Below are positions 23,154 to 32,756 of a stretch of 41,002 nt of DNA, one piece after another; within the stretch, counting starts at the first letter, position 1; every line of letters starts with the position of its first letter. Source of the DNA: Balamuthia mandrillaris (Eukaryota); assembly GCA_031835245.2 (NCBI GenBank), contig JAVKOQ020000022.1:310001-351002 (forward strand), written 5' to 3'. Position numbers and translations under genes: made by a program. Below the pieces are notes generated by a model, which was not told the DNA's origin, ran no database searches, and worked only from the letters and a program-made list of their open reading frames with translations.

Positions 23154-23940
23154 CGCAAACCAGCAGCAGCATAAAGCTCAACAGCACGTCGAAGCACCAT
23201 TTTCTCACCCACCTGTCCGAACAATCCAACAATGCCCTCCTCCACCGTGGCTGCTCCTTTCTTCTGAGAATGCACAAAGACAGGCCTTTGGTTCTGCAGC
23301 CATTCCACACAGACAGCCTCCCCTTTCTCCTCCTTCTCCTCTTCTTTCTTCTTCTGCACATTCGCACGCGGAGTCTCAACGACGGACCTGGCAGCAGCGA
23401 GGGCTAATTCCTGAAAGGCGGGAACGCGGGCGACAAAGTCCGTCTCGCAGTTGAGCTCCACCATGACGCCTCGGGCGGCGTCGGCGCTCAGCGAGACGGC
23501 GACGAGACCCTCGGCCGCCACGCGCGACTGCTTCTTGGCCATCTTTTTCTTGGTTTGTTGGAGCAACCATTTTCTGGCCTTCCCCAAATCATTGTCGCTC
23601 TCAGCCTTTTTTTTTTTTGTTTTGATTTGTTGGGTGTGAGTATAAACGTTTTTGGAAGTGGAGTGGAGAAAACAACAACGAGTGAGGGAGGAAGGGAAGA
23701 AGGCCGTACGAGAGCGTTGCGACAATCCATGACACCAGCACCGGTCTCGGCTCTGAGCTCTTTGACGAGGGGGAGCGGCACTTGCACGTTAGCCGTGGAG
23801 TAAAAACGGGAGCGGCACAGACGAAGGTGAGCGAGCGAAGGGCAGTACAGATTTTTTGCTCCGGCGCTGCCCCGCATCAAAGGGCTCACCGAAGACCCGC
23901 CACAGCCAACGCCGCCCAACCTTTCCGTCACCGCTCTCAT
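22501..23940 (-). CDS. TSFM: Elongation factor Ts, mitochondrial (3 exons)
   Basis: Presequence, then VKELRAETGAGVMDCRNAL, RVAAEGLV, ELNCETDFVAR, VGEKMVLRR, FVRWQAGEGIEK..DFAQQV. Confidence 0.95.
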
Positions 23941-24112
23941 CTTTTCTCACTACTTTTTTTCTTTTTTTTTTTTCTCACTACTTTTTTTCTACAGCAGTCG
24001 GCAAAAAAAAAACTCATGTCCCATAACGGATGGGTAGCTTGGCAGGGCATAAATGGAGGAGGCGGCCAAACCTTAAAATCACTTTACACCAAGATTACGC
24101 AAAGTTTGATTG

Positions 24113-24462
24113 GTTCACAGTCTACATCCTTGAAAAGGGTGGCCTGAGTCTCTCCATATTCCTGGAGTTGACTCGGTTCCTTCTAAAACAAAAACAACAC
24201 CAGACGCCTGCGCAGAAGACAGTGTGTTGTCACTCATTAAAGCAGATATCAAATGAGGCCAAGGCATCCTGTTCCTCACTCACTGTCTTCCCATAATGTC
24301 ACGTTGGTGCCAAAGGCAAAATAAAAGGCAGAGTTGCAGAAGGGAAATAGCCAACAACACACTGCAAATGTATGCAGTTCACTGTCTGCACCCTTGAAAA
24401 GGGTGGCCTGAGTCTCTCCATATTCCTGGAGTTGACTCGGTTCTTTCTCAAAACAAAAACAA
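24113..24462. repeat. ~85-bp imperfect direct repeat, two copies 264 bp apart
   Basis: 24113-24197 and 24377-24462 share the identical core CCTTGAAAAGGGTGGCCTGAGTCTCTCCATATTCCTGGAGTTGACTCGGTTC. Confidence 0.9.
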
Positions 24463-24701
24463 AATCTCTTCAGATGCGGCATTGATGACCAAAAAGAAGC
24501 GCCGCCGCCGAGCCAGAAGAAATCTGCCCTGCGGCTGGGTGGAGGACAACATACCAGACGAAATAATGTGCCACAGCAACAACAGTAGAAAACGCCATTT
24601 ATCTATTTGTTACCTTCTCGCTGCCGGATACCACTTTTTTTCGAGATAAATCCCAAAAATGTTACTGTTAAACTAACCTTAACGCATGCGGTTCATAATT
24701 T

Positions 24702-25812
24702 TTATTGTTGCGTCGCCCCCAACGTTTGTGAAAACGCTTTGCAATGACCAGACCCACCCAGCTTGGTCTCTCCCACTTCAGCACAACCTCGGTGCACTCC
24801 TTTCTCCCGTTGCAACTCCTCCAACCGTTTCCTCAGCCCCTCCTCTCCTCCGAACCTACTGCTTCTCGCCTTTTTCTGCCACAGCTGCTCCGCCTGTTGG
24901 TACAGCAGAATGTCAAAGTGGAGTAGCTCCTCCAGCCGTTGACGCACTATTGGAGAAAAATCAGAGGCTTTCGGTCGGCCATGAAGGATGCCAAAGTTGG
25001 TGTAGTCAAGGAAGGCCTCCTCTCCGATCATTCTGTCCTCCATGAGCAGCAGCAAAGACTCGTCGAAACGCTCGGAGAGCACGATCAGGTCAAACCGGTG
25101 CAATACGGCACTCAGCCTGAGGAACTCTTGTTCGTCCCTCAACAGCCGAAAGGAACGAAGCGCAAACTTGGAGCCGTTCAGCACAAAGTCTTCCACAGAG
25201 TCGCCCCATCGCTTTTTGAAATAGAACCTGGACAAGAATCGTTCCAGTGGGTCTCTCAAGGACATCATCCAATAGCATTCTGCTCCTGTCGCATTTGTTG
25301 TTTCTTCTTCCTCTCCTCTATCTGCCAACAACGTTATATTTCGTCCTGTGGAGTTGTTGTCGTTGGTTTCCATCAAGTGAATGACACGGCTGACGGGAGA
25401 ATGGCCAAAGACAACATCGGAATCGAAACTCCCGGTAAAACCTCGTTCCCAAGAGAACGTGCGATCCCGGAGCTCAGAGTCTTTGAGGAGTATGTGCCGG
25501 AGGGTGGTTCCGCCGGTCTTTTTGATGTGCCAAAAGATTAAACACTGATTGGAGGGAGGAGGCGAAGAGGAAGCAGAAAAAGAGGTAATTTGTTGTGTTG
25601 TTGCAGACCCTTTTATCCGAAGTTGAGCCGACGAAGAAGGAGAGGAGGGAGAAAAGGAGTAGAGCACTTGCAGCACGAAAAACAGAGCCACCACCGAAAA
25701 GAATAGGGCACTATTTGATCAACAGAAACAAAAAACAGAAAGAAAGAAGTTAAGGTGGTCAGCCCAACAAGCAAAAAAAAAAGCAAAGGCGCACGCACGC
25801 TTGTCTTTGCAT
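24702..25812 (-). CDS. Type II membrane sulfotransferase (galactose-3-O-sulfotransferase/Sulfotransfer_2-like)
   Basis: 5'-PSB loop FWHIKKTGGTT, 3'-PB motif SLRDPLERFLSRF, FDLIVLSERFDESLLLL, DILLYQQA. A short first exon (ATG 25812, donor GTGCGT) splices in frame to the signal anchor ALFFSVVALFFVL. Confidence 0.85.
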
Positions 25813-26537
25813 TTGTCTTCGTTGTGCGTGGTGCGCAAGCCAAAAGTCACGTTGCTGGTCGCGGACTAGAAAAAAAGGATACCTTGCGTCGAAACAACCC
25901 TTTAAACAATATATAAATGACATTGTTTCTTTGAATTATGATGGTTGATTCATTAATTGGATAATACGCGAGTAAAGAGAAATGGCAAGGGAAAAAATGG
26001 CAGCACAACAAGTCCTCTCAAAACCACTTGTGCTTCTCTGCCACTCGCAGCGGTGAAATTTAGTGTCGACAAGGACCACTGTAAAACCAAACCACTTCGC
26101 GATGGTCATGCGATTGATTAACTTCCATGTCGTCACGATAAATTGGTTGGGATGCATTCATTAACATGGTGACCCTTTGCCAGGTTCTTGCAGCACACTG
26201 GGGCTAAGCCAGAGCTGTTGTTTGTCTATGGTGCTGTTGGTGTTTTGTTTTTTTGCTTCTTCTTCTTCTTCTTCTTCTTCTTCTCGGCCACGGTTCCCAA
26301 TAAAGGCAAGGCATAAATAATGATCCATGAAAACCACCATAGATCCGCAGGCTGGAACGTTAGTGGCGCTCACGATTGCGGGGAGACCGGTACAGGCAGG
26401 GCTCGCACCCTATTTCGCGTAAATGCAATCGGTTATAACAAGGAAAACATAAAGGAGTGTTCGGACTGAAGTGCTTTTTTTTTTTTTTTTTACCAACATC
26501 TGCTCGCAGGAGGAAAGAGGTTCTCTGTTAAGAGTGA

Positions 26538-27340
26538 ATGAAGATGCTTCGTGCCCAGGTGCTTTCGTTCGTTGTTGTTGCAGCCTGCTTGTACTTGGCC
26601 GGCTGCGAACCCGTGCTCCCTCGCCAACCGTTTCCCGAGAGTGCTACAGGCACGGCCAGGTTTCCCCCCTCAGTCCTTCCACCTCCTCCACCCCGCGCGT
26701 ACGCTCTCGCACTCACCCACACCCAAATAGAGGCACAGCACGGATGCTAGGGATGGAACTTCCCTATGTGAACTACAACAACCTGGAAGAACAAAAGCAC
26801 ATCGACTTTGTTTATTTGTCGCCCACCCAAGCCATGATGCTGGGAGCCTATGTTAACGGAACCTCCTACCTCAACAGTCCCACCGGTTGTACCTTCTTCA
26901 AAGGCGAGTCCTTCCCATTCCCTGCCAATCTCTTGGAGATCAACAATGCCACATTTGTAAGTTTCTCCCCCTCCGCTTTCTTAAGTGAGAGGCTATGGAT
27001 CCTTCCGCATTGCCTGCAGGTCAACCGCCTCACAATTGCCCTTTTCTTCTTCTGCTTCTTCTTCTTCTTCTTCAAACAGGTTGGCTACGAGCTGCTGGCC
27101 GACTTGGGCGTGAAGGTGCAGCATTGGGTGGCCAAGTTCTTCACGATGGGGACCTTCTGGTATGCAGACTTCTTCTTTGGGATCACCAACGATGGCGGAC
27201 CCTCCCCCAAGATGCACCGCGCGGTGTTCATTGGCTCTAACCCTGACCAGTCCAGCGTTGTCTTCACTTTCACCTCGTGGGACTTCTCGCCTCCCCCCGA
27301 TTCTGTGTTCTCAGTGCCTGATGGTTGCCTGCCAGCCTAG
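26538..27340 (+). CDS. Secreted/lysosomal ependymin-related (EPDR)-like protein, 3 exons
   Basis: Signal peptide MKMLRAQVLSFVVVAACLYLAGC. Spliced ATFVGYE..GVKVQHW and C-terminal PPDSVFSVPDGC match the FxGxE..W and PxxFxxPxxC pattern of EPDR-like proteins. Confidence 0.6.
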
Positions 27341-27559
27341 GGGCCTTGAAAGTTGTGGCAGGAGTGTACATAAAAGATATAAGGGAGGAATAATAACTCA
27401 CTGCTCTCGCTTTTGCTGGACAAAGTAGAACGAGGAAAATGTGGCGAAAAGTTTAAGAATGGGTTTGGAAAAAGAGAGGCGTGCCTCATACTTATACAAC
27501 ATGAGTAACGCCAACACAAACGAAAACACGCCATTAGGTTATCCCCTTCACCTCGAGCG

Positions 27560-29004
27560 ATGAAATGCACAGACATAGTGAGCTGCGTTGCCGCTGTTTT
27601 AGCTGGTTGGGTGGTCGCGGGCTTGCTTTTTGACCAACGCCCAGGCTATGTTTTGGAGATCACCGAAGACAACCTCCACCAAACTTTGGAGGAGAACAAG
27701 TTTGTGGTGGTCTTCTATCGAGCCCACTGGACGCGCCCCTCGCCCGAGCTCGAGGCCGCCGCCCAACATTTTGCTGACCCAAACGTCTCAGGACGCAGTG
27801 ACATCAAGTTCGCCAAGCTCACTTGCCCCGCACCAGGAGAGGGCCTTTGTGAGAATCTTGGGATCGTCGACTTGCCCATGGTACTTCTCTATCGCCGTGA
27901 CAAACTTGACGAGCCGGTTGAATGCCCATTCCGTGTGGAGTCAGGCCGCCTCGTGGCGTGGCTCAACAAGAAGACTAGCCCTTTGTTGCTCTTCTCGCTC
28001 CACACGGAGGAGGAGGTCCAGCGCTTTGTGGCTTCTTACGCTGAGAAACAACAACAGAAACAGAAGAAGAGCCGCCTGGTGGTTGGCTACTTTGATGATG
28101 ACAGCAATGATAACAACAAGCGCGAGCGCTTCTTGGAGATGGCCGACAGCTTTGTTGACTTTGTATTTGGAGAGGCTGTAGGTGTGGAGGGCAGAGGTAA
28201 TGGCGAGGCTCTTCTGTACAGGGAGTTTGACGCGCCTCTAAACTTGACTGTGGATGAGCTTGCCAACTCCCTACCCATTCATGGCTACCCTTACATTGTG
28301 GAGGTTTGTTGTTGCTTCTTTTCTCGTTTCCTCTCTGAAAAAGCCTCTCACCTTTCTTACGAAAGATATCCGAGGGCTATGAAAGACTACTGGAACGCGG
28401 GGTCAACATCGGCGTGCTTGTCGTGGATGAGAACGTAGACGGTCAGGTAGAGCGCATCCTTAAGGCCTTCACTCCAATGGTCTCGCGGCTGAGCGATAAA
28501 GTCGGCTTTGTGTACGTCCCCTCCCAATTCCACGAGTTGTTTCGCCACGAGATAGGAGTCTCCAACACTATCCCTACATTTATCCTTGAAGACACCCACC
28601 ATCTAGCGGATGCATCCTACCCCTTACCCAAGGACCAAGAGCTTACTCCTATGGCTGTGGAGCAACACATTGCAGCTGCTTTGGAGGGCCGCCTTACACG
28701 GTTCCTCCACTCCGAGTCAATCCCCGAGAATGATAACCTACTGCCCTCCGCAGATCAAATGCTCTCTCTCTCCTTTATGCTGAGAGTGACAGATCCCGAA
28801 CTGAGAGAGAGCTTGCAAGACAATGAGAGCGTGATCATTGCTAAATGGAGCAAAATCAACAACGCCGTTATGGAGATTAAGAACATGCCTTCCATCTATC
28901 TCTTCCCTGCCACCGACTCCACAGGGGTTACCCCTCGATTCATAGAATACGAGGGTGGAGTTCGCCTTGAGGATTTGAAGTCTTCTCTCTCTGCAGTTCT
29001 CTGA
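27560..29004 (+). CDS. Protein disulfide isomerase-like multi-thioredoxin-fold protein lacking CXXC, 2 exons
   Basis: Hydrophobic N-terminus, VLEITEDNL..ENKFVVVFY, IKFAKLTC..LCENLGI..LPMVLLY, b-domain VVGYFDD..F..ADSF..FVFG, LEGRLTRFLHSESIPEND, IKNMPSIYLFPA..FIEYEGGVRLEDL. Confidence 0.8.
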
Positions 29005-29310
29005 CGCGACAACGACTTGAACACAAGGACAAGTTATAATAGAAGGACAACTGCAGCTAGACTCTCAATGTGCTCTTCTCCTTTCTTTACCCTCTCCGCT
29101 CTGTGCCTCCCTTTTTTTTGCTTTGTAGTCATGTAATGTTACCCCCCCTCAGACCCGTGCACTATCCACAGTGGGACACAATGGCTCGGCCTCCGGCTTT
29201 GCTCGAATTCACGTCGCAGACTAATCAACAGTTTCGTGCTTCGCTTGCCCTGCCTTGATTTCTTCTCTTTTCTTCTCTCCCCATATGCGTTTACAAAATA
29301 AAAACAATTC

Positions 29311-31076
29311 CTACAAAGCTTTGTGGCTGAATTGCCTCAGTGCTGCCTTTTGAACTTCTTCAGTGGCGAATATGCGTTGCCGATACTCAGGATCGAAGGC
29401 CTCCATGTTTCGAAGAAAAGCTCTTAGATACACGTCAGCCATGCCAGAAGGCACAATGGGTTCTTGGTAACTGTAGGCAAACTTTTGTGCACTAACAAGA
29501 GCGAGTCGTATGGCAGGGGGAGGCAGAGGAAGGTATTTGGAAAGAAGGTATGGCTTCTCAAAGGCTTCATCGGAACAAGCAAACGAACATGCTATTCTGT
29601 GTTTCGTACCTTGGTCAGCTTCTTTTAAACCAAACAAAAGAGAAGCAAAGAACCAGAAACACAGACACAGAACAGAGCAGAAAGGAGGACCGAAATGCGT
29701 ACCGTGGTACTTCAGACGTTTTTTTGCACCGAGAGCCCCAGTGAACGAGGCGGTGGGAGAAAAGTACCACGTCACCAGGGCCACACGGTAACGCCCTGAT
29801 CTCCTGAAATGTTGCCGGTGATGTGAAAATGCTGCTCAAAAGATCCTTTCCTTCCATTTCAACACAAACCAATAAAAGAGATAATAATGGTGACCATAAA
29901 GCAACTAGACCAAAGAAACAGATAAAGAGTAAGAAGAAGATCCTACCTATACGGACTTGACGATAGCTGGGATCAGCGTGTGCTGGAACAACGTACAAGC
30001 AACTGCTTTCGGGAGTCGCTGGAGTGAAAGGGATCCACACAGTACAATACTTTGGGGTTCCATCCTCACGGAAGGACGTCACAGGGTCCGAATTTGGGCG
30101 GTCTCTGTGAGGCGGCCAACCAGCACCTGGTGAACCTTTTGTCAAGGGAATAAAGGACGAGTTGGGTCGCGAGAAGAGGAGAAACGGCAGCAGAAGAAAG
30201 AGGCAAAAAGCAAGCTTACCGCCGCGCCCAGAAAAAGCGTCAACGTAGAAACAGAAGAAGTCCATGTTGAGTTTGAGTTGAAGGGCGTTGCGCAACACTC
30301 GAGACAGCTGTTGGACCACCAACCATACCTGTTTATCGTTTCAATGGCCCATGGGTATGCATTAACGGTGAGATTTTTATCAACATGCATAACAGGAAAA
30401 TGAATCACTTGCCTCGTCAAACATACAAATGAAAGTAGGACTCCAGCCAAAGCTCTTAAGCTGAACAACGCCAAGCGCCAAGTCATTCATGTCGCAACAC
30501 CTGAGAAAGAAAGATGAAGGAGTAGAGGCAGAGTAAGAGCAAGAAGCAAGAAGGGACTACAAGAGACAGTCGAATGAGAAGAACCGGATAAAGGATAAAG
30601 AAGTACCAAGGCAACTCTTTTGACCCCAAGATGGCATAGCCCTCTTCCACCACTTCTTCGCGAAGTTGTTCCTCACGACTGGAAGGCAAACGCGCCACAC
30701 CGTCGGGATAGAGCCGCAACAAAGCATCCGATGGATCTGACTCGAGAGAAAGCTGAGGACAGAGGCAGCGCCAATAGGAAGGACAGAGTAGAGAGTCTAT
30801 CGTTTGTTTGGAGGCATGGAGAGGGCTGCTCGCTCCTGGACCAGAGTGAATCGACGGCAACTCTTCTGAGACGCTTCGCTGGGAACGTACTTCCTCGCGC
30901 CGAAGTATGAGCATGTCTTGAAACTTGGCTTCCAGCTCGCTTCGTGTTTGCAGGGAATTGGCTTCGGCGTTACGTTCCTTATCGGAGAGGTCCCAAAACT
31001 CTGCGACAGACATGACAGACGAAAGTATGTTACCATCTTGCTTTGGTCGCTGCTGTGACCCTTGGTCGTAGTTCAT
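29311..31076 (-). CDS. Phytanoyl-CoA dioxygenase (PhyH)-family 2OG-Fe(II) oxygenase, multi-exon
   Basis: EEGYAIL, GWPPHRDRP (HxD), CTVWIPFTPATPESSCLYVVP, PGDVVLFSHRLVHWGS (distal His). Start codon uncertain. Confidence 0.85.
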
Positions 31077-31660
31077 TTGTGTCGCTGTGCGGGTCGTAAC
31101 GCCAGTGGAGCATCGGTCCTTGGCTCTTCGGCTTTCTTGAAAGGCTTCGTTCGGCTGAGGACAAGAGGCACCTTACGGTAAGGGTATGTCATGTCGTCGT
31201 GATAGGCAGAACAAACGGAAGTAAAGCCCAGACAGAATTCGTACCACATGGAAGAGATCCTGGTGATGGGGCAAGCTTGCGGGAATTTGGTGGCGTCCAT
31301 AACAGCATACGAAACGTCCAACAAAGAGAAGAGCAGAAATCACCTGTGAAAAACACGCCAAAAAGCGCGAAACGAAGAAAACACACAAGAAATCAACAGC
31401 CATTCGATGCCAGTTCTCCATGCACTCTCGGCGAGGGGGCTCTTCCCTTTCGCTTTCTCCTCCACGTCCATGACCTTTCTCCATCTTCCCGCTTTTTAGA
31501 GCCTTTTTTTGTTCTCTCTTTCTCTTCTGGTGGCTTAGAGTTCTTTGAAAACCACCAACAGCAACTCAGAGCATCAACAAACAAGGATAGCCTGCGCACT
31601 CGTTCTACTAAAAGGGTAAATGTGAAGTCACCAACAAACTATTAAACCACAAGAACACAC

Positions 31661-31667
31661 TATATAA
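31661..31667 (+). promoter_or_regulatory. TATA-like box upstream of the Dps-like gene
   Basis: TATATAA about 50 bp before the ATG at 31713. Confidence 0.4.
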
Positions 31668-31712
31668 CACTCTAACTTACCGCATTACGCTTGACACTCG
31701 CTACCCAGAAAC

Positions 31713-32246
31713 ATGAGCCAGTTCTCCCTTGACTGCCAAAACCTCAAGCCCAAGCTTGGCCTCGACGAGGAAGCCTGCAGGCTGTCCTCCTTCGTGCTCT
31801 GCAAGGCCATGGCGGACCACCTCATCCTCTGGACCAAGTACAACAACTTCAAGCATAACCTCATCGGCCCCCACTACCTGCAGCTGTGCAAGCTCCTCGA
31901 GAAGCACGAGTGCATCGTCATGCACCACCTGGAGCTCATTGGCAAGGAGATAAGGAACTTTGGCGTGCGCGTGCCAACCCCTCCCGAGATGGTGCAGCTG
32001 ACCAGGATCACCCCCATCCCCAGCGAGAAGTGGCCCTCCGAGCTGCAGACGCTGAAGCTGTTGTTGGAGGACCAGGAGATCTTTATCAGGCACCTTATGA
32101 AGGATCATTGGAAGGTCAAGGACCAAAACGACACGGCCACCTCTGACTTTTTGGAGGAAATCATTAGGATGCACAAGAAAATGGCCAAGGACCTGCGCGC
32201 TCACCTCGAAGACTGGGAGAAGGGCAGCAAAATGCTCAGAAGATAA
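31713..32246 (+). CDS. Dps-like (DNA-binding protein from starved cells / mini-ferritin) protein, intronless, non-canonical ferroxidase site
   Basis: 177 aa, typical Dps length. LGLDEE..L...AD..IL.TK..NFKHNLIGPHYLQLCKLLE and LELIGKEIRNFG align without gaps to the Dps signatures KxxNxHWNxxGxxFxxLHxxxE and DxxAERxxxLG. C-terminal DTATSDFLEEII..HKKMA..LRAHL matches Dps helix D. Confidence 0.85.
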   Translation: MSQFSLDCQNLKPKLGLDEEACRLSSFVLCKAMADHLILWTKYNNFKHNLIGPHYLQLCKLLEKHECIVMHHLELIGKEIRNFGVRVPTPPEMVQLTRITPIPSEKWPSELQTLKLLLEDQEIFIRHLMKDHWKVKDQNDTATSDFLEEIIRMHKKMAKDLRAHLEDWEKGSKMLRR

Positions 32247-32508
32247 AAAATGGCTCGGTTAACCGCAGCATAAACCACAAAACAGTGAATAAGGAGCAAA
32301 AAATATATAAATATAAATAAATAAACGCTCAGGACAAGAGTGTCGTGACCGTCTCCCCTTTCTCCTCCCTTTCGCCTGCTCTCTTTGCGTTCTCCTTTAT
32401 TCTGTTTTCTGTTTCGTGGACCTCCCGTTGAGCAGAAATTGAGGAGGGATTTCCCGCCAAATACCCAGCACAACGTAAAGAAATAGATGAGATGAGATCA
32501 GGCAGAGA

Positions 32509-32552
<44 letters not shown>

Positions 32553-32756
32553 GAGAAGAGAGGGAGCAGCGAAGGTGTGATGCAGTATCTCTTCTCGTCA
32601 TGCAAAACGGAAGGGTACACCACTCGACTTCTCCTTTGTGGGAAAACATCAGGAAAGACCCAAACAAAAAAGGAACATGCACAAACTTATTTTTTTTGTT
32701 TACAAAGGGGAAAAACAAAACGGTGAAGAGAAAAAAAAGTTGACTGAACTGACGCG

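Noticed and set aside
24113..24462. CRISPR array or LTR interpretation of the direct repeat
   Set aside because: Only two ~85-bp copies, no cas or retroelement ORFs, and no TG..CA termini or target-site duplication seen.
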